Shown one piece after another: positions 48,688 through 58,352 of a stretch of DNA of 64,000 bases. Location of the stretch: NCBI GenBank assembly GCA_965216465.1, contig CBDCFW010000003.1:1-64000 (forward strand), given 5' to 3'. The DNA comes from Bacteroidia bacterium (GTDB taxonomy: Bacteria; Bacteroidota; Bacteroidia; NS11-12g; UBA9320). The notes under the pieces were generated by a model, which worked only from the letters and a program-made list of their open reading frames with translations, made no database searches and was not told the DNA's origin. The translations under genes and the position numbers were made by a program. Within the stretch, counting starts at the first letter, position 1; the number at the start of each line of letters is the position of its first letter.

Positions 48688-49421
48688 AACTGGCGGTTTA
48701 CTTGGGTTCGTTCTTGTTGCTGGCAATATTGCTAGTAACTGTGCTTATAATCCTTTTTGCTCAAAAAAAGAAACGAGAAGCCCTCCTCCAACTAAAAGAT
48801 AGTGAAATCGAACATCAAAAAGAGCTAGCCATCAACAATATCCAAGCTCATGAAGATGAACGTCAGCATATTGGCCAAGAATTGCACGACGATCTCGGGC
48901 AGCAGCTTGCATCTGTAAAAATGCAAATGGAATCTGGCGTAATCAGCAATGACCTATCAAAAGTGGAATTAGCGATGGATAACATGTCTCAAGCCATTTC
49001 TAAGGTGTCAAACATCTCCAGACTGCTTTATCCTGTAGTGCTTAAGAAGTTCGGCCTAGTAAAAGCTTTAGAGCATTTGACAGCCAATACAGAAGCAGAT
49101 ATTACGTTGGCCATCCACGACGAAATATCAAAAATTGAAGATTACAATATGCATTTGCATATCTATCGTATATATCAAGAACTAATTTCCAATAGTATAA
49201 AACATAGTAAGAGTACATCGATTCAAATGAAATTATCCAAAGAAAGCGAAGGATATTTGCTGAGCTATTCCGATGATGGAGTAGGGTTTGACTATGAAAA
49301 CTCAAACTATGGTCTTGGTTTGCACAATATAAAAATCAGAGTTGACAGCATCGGAGGTAATCTTGAAATTAAAACAGCCCCTGATGAAGGCTTTAACTGC
49401 ACAATAACATTTAATCCATGA
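48675..49421 (+). CDS. HisKA_3 sensor histidine kinase with one N-terminal TM and no sensor domain
   Basis: EDERQHIGQELHDDLGQ, YRIYQELISNSIKH, DDGVGF, GLGL.NI..R. Confidence 0.92.
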   Translation: MEEIKLAVYLGSFLLLAILLVTVLIILFAQKKKREALLQLKDSEIEHQKELAINNIQAHEDERQHIGQELHDDLGQQLASVKMQMESGVISNDLSKVELAMDNMSQAISKVSNISRLLYPVVLKKFGLVKALEHLTANTEADITLAIHDEISKIEDYNMHLHIYRIYQELISNSIKHSKSTSIQMKLSKESEGYLLSYSDDGVGFDYENSNYGLGLHNIKIRVDSIGGNLEIKTAPDEGFNCTITFNP

Positions 49422-50059
49422 ACACAACAACCATTTGTATAGCAGATGACCACGAAATAGTTAGAGAGGGATTTGTTACCCTACTGAATTCTTTTGATGA
49501 ATTAGAAGTGCTTTTTGATACTTCTAATGGACAAGAGTTGCTAGACCGGCTGAAAAACTCAGCCCTGCCTGATGTTATTTTACTTGATGTTGATATGCCC
49601 ATATTAGACGGCGTTGAGACCTTGAAGGCATTAAGGTCAGCCTATGGAGACAAAGTAAAGGTGCTTGGCTTATCGATGCACGAAGAATACTTTATTGTTC
49701 AAAATCTATTGGAACTTGGTGCGAATGGATTTATATCTAAATCTGCATCGGCCAAACAAGTAAAGAATGCAATTTTAACCGTAATGGAATATGATTTCTT
49801 TTTAAGTCCTCAAATGTCGAAGTCATTATTTGGAAGTAAGTTCAAAGACAGTGCAGGCTGTGCTGAACTTTCAAAAGTAGAAGAAGAAATAGTGGTGTTG
49901 ATTTGTAACCAATTGAATAACAAGCAAATAGCTGCAGAATTGAAGCTTTCTCCAAACACGGTAAATGCCTACCGAACCAAAATATTAGAAAAAACGGAAG
50001 CGACCAATGCCGCAGGACTAGTTGTTTACGCTATCCGTAATGGTCTCTTCAAGGTCTGA
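49418..50059 (+). CDS. NarL/LuxR-family response regulator (cognate of the kinase)
   Basis: IADDH, LLDVDMP..DG, LSMH, GANGFISK; IAAELKLSPNTVNAYRTKILEK. Confidence 0.92.
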   Translation: MNTTTICIADDHEIVREGFVTLLNSFDELEVLFDTSNGQELLDRLKNSALPDVILLDVDMPILDGVETLKALRSAYGDKVKVLGLSMHEEYFIVQNLLELGANGFISKSASAKQVKNAILTVMEYDFFLSPQMSKSLFGSKFKDSAGCAELSKVEEEIVVLICNQLNNKQIAAELKLSPNTVNAYRTKILEKTEATNAAGLVVYAIRNGLFKV

Positions 50060-51742
50060 GTTTCTGTATAGCTTTTTAAGCTTTCCATTCCTTTTATAAG
50101 CAAAGTATTGGTCTGAATAGGCCATCCTAGCAAGCTCTGCATCATTTGGTAGTTTCATATATTGCACCTGATCTTTTTTAGGAGTTAATCGTACTTTATC
50201 TCCACCCTTAATTACAATATCTATTGGAAGCTTAAAGTTGTTTTCAGTCTTTGCCCAGCGGTAGTATATGCCATCATCAGCAAGTGTGTATTCCAATTCA
50301 GGAACATTTCTGTTGTATAAATACTGATCGAAAAACCAGCGAAGATCTTCACCGCACTTTTTATTCGCATAGGCTATAAAGTCTTCACTGTCAACTAAAT
50401 CGTATTTGTTTTCTTCGTAAAACCCACTTAGAATAGACCAAAACAGCGTGTCGTTATCGATGTAGCTTCGGAGTGTGTTTAGCATCCAGGCACCTTTGGT
50501 GTAAACATCACCATCTCGAAAATCAAAGTACCGGAGTCCTTCAGGACCGACTAATGGACGCTTATTCTTGATGGTAATACGGTACATCCATAGATAGTTG
50601 TCGTATGCATCTTTGCCCGATTTGTGCTCTACATACATGGCTTCGCTGTAAGTGGTTATGCCTTCTTGAAGCCATACATGAGCTAGGTCACGAGCAGTTA
50701 CAGAGTTTCCCCACCATTCGTGGCCGGTTTCGTGCAAAACGATGTAATCGAAGCCTTGGCCTTTGTTCTTGTATCCGCTACCATAGGCAATAGCACTTTG
50801 GTGTTCCATGCCTTCATAAGGTGCCTCTACCATACGATACACATCACGTTGCCAAGGGTAGTTTCCAAAAGTGGTTTCAAAGAAGTGTATTTGTTCTTTA
50901 GCTTGTTTGAAGTGTTTTCGTGCTTTTTTCTCGTTGTATGATAGCACATAATGGCTAATCTTCACCTTATTGCCTGAGGCACTTTGTAAGGTGTCGGTGA
51001 GCTCAACAAAGTCACCCACATATAGGGTTATGTTGTAGGTGTTAATGGGGTAGGATACGCGGTAACAGTAGGTCCAAGAATTGGGATTGTGTTGAATTTT
51101 GGTTTGCACGCCATTGGCAACTCCTACCAAACCTTTTGGAACGGTTAGGTGAATAATGGTCTCATCGGCTTCGTCGGAGGTGTGATCTTTACAGGGAAAC
51201 CAAAGGCTAGCACCATTGGTCTCGCAGGCAACACCTACCCATGGATTTTCATTTTCGTCTTCCTTCCAAACAAAGCCACCGTCCCAAGGTGGTTTTTTAG
51301 CCTTATTGGGTTGGCCTTTGTATTCTACCTTCAGCATAAAGTCGTGTGCAGCTGGAATTGTATTCTTAAAGATGACTTTTATCGCTCCGTAAGTTCGGTA
51401 ATAATGTACCGGGTTTGATTGGTTTTCATTCGTGATTGACACCAATTCCATGTTTTCATAAAGGTCAATTTGAATGGTGTCGGTTTCTGTAATGGTAGTT
51501 GCGTGAATTTCAACACTTCCTGCAATCGCTTGAGTTTCAGGAAGAACTTCAAGGTCGAGCTTGTATTTAGTTACGTCGTAGCATGACTTGTGGTTGTTAA
51601 GCTCTCCAAGCAAGAGAAGCTTCTCAGTTTTTTTAGGGTATTTGCCTGCAATTTTGGCATTCTTGACCCTAAAATCGATGGCACAGCTAGAAAACAGCAA
51701 TGCAGTTGCCAGGATAAGGTTAGTTAGTTTAAAGGTTTTCAT
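50018..51742 (-). CDS. M1 family aminopeptidase (lipoprotein)
   Basis: Lipobox FSSC; GMEHQ, HETGHEWWGN..18..E. Confidence 0.9.
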   Translation of the reverse strand: MKTFKLTNLILATALLFSSCAIDFRVKNAKIAGKYPKKTEKLLLLGELNNHKSCYDVTKYKLDLEVLPETQAIAGSVEIHATTITETDTIQIDLYENMELVSITNENQSNPVHYYRTYGAIKVIFKNTIPAAHDFMLKVEYKGQPNKAKKPPWDGGFVWKEDENENPWVGVACETNGASLWFPCKDHTSDEADETIIHLTVPKGLVGVANGVQTKIQHNPNSWTYCYRVSYPINTYNITLYVGDFVELTDTLQSASGNKVKISHYVLSYNEKKARKHFKQAKEQIHFFETTFGNYPWQRDVYRMVEAPYEGMEHQSAIAYGSGYKNKGQGFDYIVLHETGHEWWGNSVTARDLAHVWLQEGITTYSEAMYVEHKSGKDAYDNYLWMYRITIKNKRPLVGPEGLRYFDFRDGDVYTKGAWMLNTLRSYIDNDTLFWSILSGFYEENKYDLVDSEDFIAYANKKCGEDLRWFFDQYLYNRNVPELEYTLADDGIYYRWAKTENNFKLPIDIVIKGGDKVRLTPKKDQVQYMKLPNDAELARMAYSDQYFAYKRNGKLKKLYRNSDLEETITDSVNN

Positions 51743-51842
51743 GTTCAACGAATATAAAGTTTATCGAGAAAATGAAGGCAAACATATTCACATGCGTAGT
51801 CCAAAAGAGTGGTATATTTGTTTGACCATAAAGAAAGAAAAT

Positions 51843-52340
51843 ATGCTTAGCGAAACAATAAATAGAAAACTACAAGAACAAGTAAAAATGGAAGCCTTTT
51901 CGTCGCAGTCTTACTTAGCAATGGCCTGCTGGGCTGATGCTAATGGATTTGAAGGAGCAGCTTCATTTTTGTATGCACACTCTGACGAGGAAAGAATGCA
52001 CATGCTGAAATTGGTGAAGTACATCAATGAGCGAGGAAGTCAGACCATTATTTCTGGGTTGGATGCTCCTGCAAGTGAATATGAGTCATTGAAACAGGTA
52101 TTTCAAACGGTGCTTGACCATGAGATCAAGGTGACTAAAAGCATTAATGACATTATCGACGCGTGTGTTCTGGAGAAAGATCACATTACGAACAACTTCA
52201 TGCAGTGGTATGTATCGGAGCAGATGGAAGAGGAGATGCTTGCTCGCCAACTGATTGATAAGTTAAACATCATCAACGACGACCCAACAGGCTTGTACAT
52301 CTTCGATCGCGAGTTGACGGGTAATATTCCGAAGGAGTAG
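51843..52340 (+). CDS. ftnA: Ferritin
   Basis: E..SS..YL.MA.W, EE..H, HE..VT..I, FMQWYV.EQ.EEE; ATG at 51843. Confidence 0.92.
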   Translation: MLSETINRKLQEQVKMEAFSSQSYLAMACWADANGFEGAASFLYAHSDEERMHMLKLVKYINERGSQTIISGLDAPASEYESLKQVFQTVLDHEIKVTKSINDIIDACVLEKDHITNNFMQWYVSEQMEEEMLARQLIDKLNIINDDPTGLYIFDRELTGNIPKE

Positions 52341-52376
52341 GTGGAGATAGGTTAAACCGCGCTTAACTGTTAATAG

Positions 52377-52655
52377 ATGATTTCTGAAGAAGAGCTAATT
52401 AACATTGAAAATATCTGGAAGAATACGTCTCCTGGGCCTTGGAAAGCGTTTATTGAAGGTCGAGATCATGATTCAGGTTCAGATTTTATTATGACCGGAC
52501 CAGAGGGCTCAAGAGGTGAAGATTTGGAGATTTATGGAGGCAGAAAAGATGACTATGATTTTATCGCGAATGCTAAACAAGATATTCCAAGACTGATTGC
52601 AGAAATCCGAAGATTACGCCGGTTGATAGAAGAATTGGATTCTACTTTACGTTAG
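52377..52655 (+). CDS. Hypothetical small protein (T.PGPW...DFIA.A.QDIPRL..E..RL type)
   Basis: Compact ORF with a recognisable PGPW/DFIA motif; function unknown. Confidence 0.65.
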   Translation: MISEEELINIENIWKNTSPGPWKAFIEGRDHDSGSDFIMTGPEGSRGEDLEIYGGRKDDYDFIANAKQDIPRLIAEIRRLRRLIEELDSTLR

Positions 52656-52696
52656 TTTGTGAAAGAATTTTGCTATTGGCATCTACTATTGAAAGC

Positions 52697-52996
52697 TCAT
52701 GAGTCAATAGAATTATTGTTTTGGTCTTGGTAAAAATCATCAGAAAAGCTGCCATTGTAGTAATCGGACTTCATAAGGTTCATGAGGTCTGTTCCGCAAT
52801 ACGGGCAGAATCTAATTAACATCAAAATTGGTGAATTATGTCCCATTGCTATACCAGAAGAAATGACCACTCTGCTAGGAATATTATCTTTATCTGAACT
52901 TTTTAACACTTTGATGTTGAAGGTGTTGTGTTTGCTGGTGCCAATCATTCCCTCAAAATTCTCACAGCAAAAATTGTAGACTTTCATAGATTTCAA
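52697..52996 (-). CDS. Small Cys-rich protein (CC...I.FCPYCG; DUF6980-like)
   Basis: FCCENF and IRFCPYCG motifs. Confidence 0.55.
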   Translation of the reverse strand: MKSMKVYNFCCENFEGMIGTSKHNTFNIKVLKSSDKDNIPSRVVISSGIAMGHNSPILMLIRFCPYCGTDLMNLMKSDYYNGSFSDDFYQDQNNNSIDS

Positions 52997-53178
52997 ATTT
53001 ATAACGATTGCTTTTGTATGCTAAATTGATGTTTTGATTTTCTTATACAATTGATATACAATTTCCTGTTGATGATCAACAGGAAAAGTACTTTTTCTTT
53101 GGTAATGGAGGTTTGGTTGATAAAGAGACTTTTCCTATATTTTGAAATTCTTTAGAAGGAACCAAAAAAAAAAAGATT

Positions 53179-53541
53179 TTGCATTTGCCTAAAAACACTG
53201 AAGATAAAGAATTTATTCGTTCTGCGAATGAATATACCACAGAAGAAATCGTTAATAATGCAATGGAGTTGCTCGAATGGGCACAAGATGCGCACTGGGG
53301 TGTATTTCCGAAAGTCATTGAAATGTTGCTTCCCTGCTTAGATAATATTCAAGCTGAAATTTTTAAAGTGGTTTCTGGCAGTGACAAAGAGTGGGCTTAT
53401 ACTGTTTTGGTTTATTTGTTTGATATTCCTCCAAAGGATATAAGCGAAGACTATATAAAATTTTTCAAGTCTCGTTTAGCCATTGAACAAGACGCTAACA
53501 TTCGTGAATTATTATCGAACTTATTAAACAAGCAAGCGTAA
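53179..53541 (+). CDS. DUF5071-like helical protein
   Basis: LPKN..D, LLEW.QD.HW.V...V...L, D.EW.Y pattern. Confidence 0.6.
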   Translation: MHLPKNTEDKEFIRSANEYTTEEIVNNAMELLEWAQDAHWGVFPKVIEMLLPCLDNIQAEIFKVVSGSDKEWAYTVLVYLFDIPPKDISEDYIKFFKSRLAIEQDANIRELLSNLLNKQA

Positions 53542-53586
53542 TATTGCATTGTGCTTGGCCGTGAATATCAATCCAATAAGAAATTA

Positions 53587-54291
53587 ATGATAGACGCCGT
53601 CGTATTCTATACGATGGCCTATACTTCTGGTCTTCAAAACCTCATGATGAGAAAAGGAACTAAGTTTAAACTTAGCGCTTGGAGCGAACCTGAGGATGAT
53701 CCTTTGCAAATTTGGATTGCAAATGAAGATTTATTTGTGGAAGATAATGTAGAGCTGAAATCATATGTTGATTCTCCAAAATATGATGGTTTCTGCGGGA
53801 TGATTCGTAAAGCTGACCTAATGTCGAATTGTAGCGATCTTACGGATTTTTCTAATGCGGTTTATTTTTATTCTTCTCAAGAAGAAAATGGCTACTTATC
53901 TAATTTCTCATATCACGGTTTTACACTTGATGAAAAGTATTACAAGACAGTAGAACATTTCTTTCAAGCTCAAAAGTTTGAAGATGAAGCCATGGTAAAA
54001 CGGATTATTGATGCTGAATCCCCTAAGAAGGCTTCTGAACTAGGAAGGTCGCGATCAGCCAAGCTCAGGGCGGATTGGGAAGAGGTCAAAACTGACTTGA
54101 TGCAAAGGGCTGTGATGGCTAAGTTCGAACAACACAAAAATTTAAAATCGATGCTTTTGGAGACTGGGGATCGGTTTATCATTGAGAATTCTCCATTTGA
54201 TGAGTTTTGGGGAATTGGAAAATTAGGAAATGGACATAACCAGTTGGGCTTTGTTTTAATGCGTGTCAGAGAACTGCTACGTCAAAATTAA
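53587..54291 (+). CDS. NADAR (YbiA-like) protein with extra N-terminal domain
   Basis: YLSNF, YKTVEHFFQAQKF, R.DW..VK..M, KF.QH..L...LL.TG, E.SP.D.FWG.G..G.G.N.LG..LM.VR. Confidence 0.85.
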   Translation: MIDAVVFYTMAYTSGLQNLMMRKGTKFKLSAWSEPEDDPLQIWIANEDLFVEDNVELKSYVDSPKYDGFCGMIRKADLMSNCSDLTDFSNAVYFYSSQEENGYLSNFSYHGFTLDEKYYKTVEHFFQAQKFEDEAMVKRIIDAESPKKASELGRSRSAKLRADWEEVKTDLMQRAVMAKFEQHKNLKSMLLETGDRFIIENSPFDEFWGIGKLGNGHNQLGFVLMRVRELLRQN

Positions 54292-54349
54292 AATGATCGC
54301 TATGGTATTAGATTAGGCCACCCAGCTGACCTTCAATCATTTTTAAAGG

Positions 54350-55240
54350 CTATTTCTCTACTTTTCTTGTCAAGGTGTATTGATAACGGTTTGTCATCTT
54401 GCTTACCTCAAAATATAAATAATCCTGTGCTGAAGAATCTACATTAAAGAAATAGTGTGTCGAATCAATGGAATTATATATACTGCCATATTCTGTGCTT
54501 TCAAAATTTATGAAATAGTCTCCACTAAGCCCTACTGAACTTTCGAATTGTATTTTAGTCGAGTCTATTATTAGGGTGATGGTGTCTCTAATTTGAAGAC
54601 TGTCGGTGTCAAGTTTTTCTACACGTCCATTCCAAACCCCAATCAATTCTTTTCGCATCTCTTTACCTTTTTCTCTTGCGTGTTTATACCGGTAAACTTC
54701 AATGTAAGGTAGCTTAAAGAAGGAAATCTTGATAAACATAACAAGCATTGCGATAATTCCAACCTTGATATATTTAAAACGCTTAATGCTCAGCAAGCTA
54801 AAGATTAGATACAAGCGAAGAACGATTGAGCCTAAATCAAATAGGACAATGAGGCCATCAGTAGCCCCACCAAATCCAATCGCATAGCCTCCTTTTACAA
54901 TCATCAATTTCGCAATCCAGTAAATGGTTTCGGTTGAGAGTAAAAAGATTTTTATGCTCTTACGATTTGAAAGTAAACCACTTAATAGCAGAATAAAGGA
55001 GATGGAAGAGTATAGAATATTCTGGTTTTCAAGAATAGGCTCATGAAAAACGATACAACCTCCAGCTTGCGTGTAGTCTAACCTAAATAGAAATCCAATA
55101 AGCGTTAGAGCCAATAAAAGCTTAAAGATGTTGTTGTCATTTATTGGAAACCATTTGTTGTTCTTGCCTATCTTTTTATGGAAAAGAAACAAGACTGTAA
55201 AAAGCAATATTGAACAAATAATGAGAGTTCCCATTTTCAC
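54350..55240 (-). CDS. Hypothetical membrane protein
   Basis: ~6 TM segments plus a soluble C-terminal domain. Confidence 0.65.
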   Translation of the reverse strand: MKMGTLIICSILLFTVLFLFHKKIGKNNKWFPINDNNIFKLLLALTLIGFLFRLDYTQAGGCIVFHEPILENQNILYSSISFILLLSGLLSNRKSIKIFLLSTETIYWIAKLMIVKGGYAIGFGGATDGLIVLFDLGSIVLRLYLIFSLLSIKRFKYIKVGIIAMLVMFIKISFFKLPYIEVYRYKHAREKGKEMRKELIGVWNGRVEKLDTDSLQIRDTITLIIDSTKIQFESSVGLSGDYFINFESTEYGSIYNSIDSTHYFFNVDSSAQDYLYFEVSKMTNRYQYTLTRKVEK

Positions 55241-55290
55241 AAATATATTTGTTCTAAGCTTCTCACTCAGCTAATGCTGTGTTGCTTTGT

Positions 55291-56007
55291 CTATGAAAGG
55301 GGATTTGTTGCAACATCCCGCTCTCTTATATTCTCGCTGGTAAAAATCTTATGAAGGTAGTTTCCTAAAGGAATGCTGTCGGTTTTAAATTCGTTGTCTT
55401 TATCGCCATTGTAATTGGCATCTCCAGAAATTGTGTATCTGTAAATCACATTGATGTATGAGTCTTCCTTAATACTAGACTTTTTTATTAAGAGATAACT
55501 CGTATTGCTGGTTGCATCAGAATCAAAGCTCTTGATATAAACATTTGAATTAAACTTAAAATAATCAATAGGAAAGCTGTTTGAGTGAATGAGCAAACGC
55601 ACCAAGTTTGAGTTGTAGGTGTTGGTGTCAATTGTTACGACTACGGATGAAAGTTGATTGATATCTAAACTATCCTTAGAAATTGTGCTTGAACAGCATT
55701 TAGATCCCTTTGGTATGTGAGTCATAAATTTACGGCCATTGCTGTACCAGATAACCTCCTTAATACAAAGATGCTCATCTATCATTAACCATTTACCTAT
55801 TTTCTTATCTGTACCTTGTTCGGTATATCCAATCTCCATTGCACCACTGCTGGTATACAACACATTCTTAATAAGGGTGGTAGAATCTGAATGTATTTTA
55901 AAAGACCCATTAAAACTTGGACCAAGTTCAATTGTAGAGTCAGCCATGTTTGTCAGACAACTTTGAAAAATCAAGATGCAAAATAGAGATAAGTAGGTCG
56001 CTTTCAT
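55291..56007 (-). CDS. Hypothetical lipoprotein
   Basis: MKATYLSLFCILIFQSC lipobox; start probably 56007. Confidence 0.6.
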   Translation of the reverse strand: MKATYLSLFCILIFQSCLTNMADSTIELGPSFNGSFKIHSDSTTLIKNVLYTSSGAMEIGYTEQGTDKKIGKWLMIDEHLCIKEVIWYSNGRKFMTHIPKGSKCCSSTISKDSLDINQLSSVVVTIDTNTYNSNLVRLLIHSNSFPIDYFKFNSNVYIKSFDSDATSNTSYLLIKKSSIKEDSYINVIYRYTISGDANYNGDKDNEFKTDSIPLGNYLHKIFTSENIRERDVATNPLS

Positions 56008-56053
56008 TTTTAATGTTGGTTTAGTTTCACCTTGTCTTGTAAATTTAATTTTC

Positions 56054-56662
56054 TTATAAGTTGTTAATCCATAAGTCTTTATACTCTGATTTGTATTGGG
56101 TGTCATTTTTAAATTTAGCAAATAACTCATATAGTCCTTCTCCAGTCGATTCATCTTTCATTTGGATGATTATATCTGGATGAGTTTTGTTAATCCATTC
56201 ATAAAACTTTGCTACTATCCTAAATTGTATGTTTTCGCATTTTAGATACGATTTTGAAAAATTGTCAAGCGTATCTGCTATAATACTGCAAATCTTATCA
56301 CCCTCAAATTTGTAATTATATTGATACGGAACGCGTGAACAGGCAAATTCGCTGAATATGTTTGATTGATCCTCCACGGTTAAAACATTTCCATTTCTTA
56401 AAGCTTCACTACTTACGATTACTGATTTGGCATTGATTGACATGGCAAATTGAATTTGTCCTCTAAATGTTAGCTTATCTAGCTTTTCATCGCCCTCAAC
56501 AACAATTGAGTCAGTTATAAGGCTCATTATGGTGTTGATGTCTTTGGCATTTAAAGCTTGGTTGTACTGATGTACAATTTCTAATCTATTTTCAGAGTCC
56601 TCAGAACATTGATAAAGAAAGGTAGCCAAGATAGCAAGTGTCATAAATTTTAAGAGCTTCAT
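56054..56662 (-). CDS. Hypothetical lipoprotein, NTF2/SnoaL-like
   Basis: LYQC lipobox; Y..A.N..D...I..L..D and Y.F...KI patterns. Confidence 0.6.
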   Translation of the reverse strand: MKLLKFMTLAILATFLYQCSEDSENRLEIVHQYNQALNAKDINTIMSLITDSIVVEGDEKLDKLTFRGQIQFAMSINAKSVIVSSEALRNGNVLTVEDQSNIFSEFACSRVPYQYNYKFEGDKICSIIADTLDNFSKSYLKCENIQFRIVAKFYEWINKTHPDIIIQMKDESTGEGLYELFAKFKNDTQYKSEYKDLWINNL

Positions 56663-56717
56663 ATTCATTAAGTTTCAAATGTAATTATAATTAATATGGA
56701 ACTTAAAACGTCATTCT

Positions 56718-57167
56718 TCATTCTGCTAAACTATAAACATCCATTCGGTAATACCAATTTTCATTAATGTGTTGACAAGACTCAAAACCATGAAAATCTT
56801 TGAGATAGAGACTGTCTTTGCTTGAGTAGATGAGGTACTCAACAGTTCTCTTAGTCAGTGGACTTCCAGTCTCTTTAATAAATGTTACGGTAGAATCTGA
56901 AGTGTATTCTAGTCTTTCAATATTTCTTGACCTTAAGAAAGCTTTTTGTTCTTGATTTAACTCAGGTGATACGTTTGGTGTTGGATACTTGTTGTAAATA
57001 AGAAGATGGTCGGATGAAGTGTCGTTAATCAATTTCTGATGGTTTTGAATCAGATACTTTACAAGGGCATTGTATTGACTTTGATGACTAGAATATTCAT
57101 CCTCCATGCTTGAGTTGCAAGCTACCAAACAGAAAGTTAAAACAGCATAAAAAAATCCTTTCTTCAT
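56718..57167 (-). CDS. Hypothetical lipoprotein
   Basis: LVAC lipobox; C-terminal I.ENWYY. Confidence 0.65.
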   Translation of the reverse strand: MKKGFFYAVLTFCLVACNSSMEDEYSSHQSQYNALVKYLIQNHQKLINDTSSDHLLIYNKYPTPNVSPELNQEQKAFLRSRNIERLEYTSDSTVTFIKETGSPLTKRTVEYLIYSSKDSLYLKDFHGFESCQHINENWYYRMDVYSLAE

Positions 57168-57174
57168 TTCAGAA

Positions 57175-57474
57175 TTAAAATAAACTCATCAGTGCCAAAA
57201 GTAATATTACCACATTGAATAGCACCACAACCCACTTGAAACGATACCATTTGGTAAACAAAGCTACTTGAAGTGCGACAAATGACAGGATCGCTATTAC
57301 CAACCGAATGGTTCGGTTTAGAGCAATTTCGCGTTCAATTCTTTCTAAAGAATCATGGTCAATTATTTCAACGGATTCTGTGGCGGTAGGGGGATTGTAA
57401 ATGTATGCTACAAGTACCACGATTGCTGCAGAAATAAGGAGGTGTAGGTTTCTTGTGCGGTACATGTGTGCCAA
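57175..57474 (-). CDS. Hypothetical membrane protein
   Basis: Three hydrophobic helices; start uncertain. Confidence 0.5.
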   Translation of the reverse strand: MAHMYRTRNLHLLISAAIVVLVAYIYNPPTATESVEIIDHDSLERIEREIALNRTIRLVIAILSFVALQVALFTKWYRFKWVVVLFNVVILLLALMSLF

Positions 57475-57552
57475 AGTAAAGAGAATAGCGATAACAAAAA
57501 AAGACCGAATTCAATTTTTGAAAGTTAAGAATGCCGTATTATCTTGGCACTC

Positions 57553-58007
57553 ATGGCTATAATTCTTGGTGAAGCTCAATGTGTAGCGTGCTCTAAGCCA
57601 ATCTCAGAAAATGATTTGGTGATGTTTCCAGCATTTACAGGTAACACACTAGACCTTTCTATCAACTTTCTGATGGAGCAGCTCATCGTTCATGTCTAAA
57701 GAAATTTGAGAATGCGCGAGTTATTATGGATCTTATTGCCGACGATACGCCATTGCCGCCCTCAAAACAAAACTGTGTTGTGGATGGGAAGACGTTCACA
57801 TCATTGGACGAGTATATCAATTTTGGTCTAATTACTTCGGATAAGAGCGAGCCACTCTACGCCTATAATTTCACCACAATCAAACGGCAAAATGTAAGTC
57901 GTTGGGATGACCTTGAGAATTTTGTTGAGATGTTAAAAGATTTGATTATTCGTAAAAAGTATTTGGCTAATGGCGATGGTATTCTGGGGGTGTTGAAAGG
58001 TGTCTAA
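57553..58007 (+). pseudogene. Cys/His-rich hypothetical protein frameshifted near 57654
   Basis: MAIILGEAQCVACSKPI...FPAFTGNTLD joins (P)FYQLSDGAAHRSCLKK...MDLIA (ORF 57726..58007) if one base is added. Confidence 0.55.
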
Positions 58008-58352
58008 GGTTAAGAAAGTTTGACAAGTTGAAGATTACTGATAACTCCTCTTTAGGCTTGAATATGTCTACTTACATCAGCAAGATTACTATCCTTTTGG
58101 GATGCACATCCAAAACGGATAGCTTTTAAATTCAATGCAATGCTAAAAACTGTAATTAAGAAGTAATTTCACCCTAATTATATGGTGATTTCAAAAACCT
58201 GCTTTTCCACCTTATGATTCAAATTCCTCAACGTCCCCTTAGTGCAACGGGAGAGGTTGAGGGAGTTGAGAAAAAAATCGGTTCAGCTACCTTATGCACA
58301 CAATTAGAACGGTGCACCATTGTTAATAATTGGTAGACCGTATTGGTTAAAG

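Noticed and set aside
51588-51842. N-terminal extension of ferritin
   Set aside because: Overlaps the M1 peptidase on the opposite strand; the ferritin fold begins at ATG 51843.
53000-53178. Degraded gene fragment and A11 run upstream of the DUF5071-like gene
   Set aside because: Interrupted frame with no recognisable family; cannot distinguish a remnant from noise.
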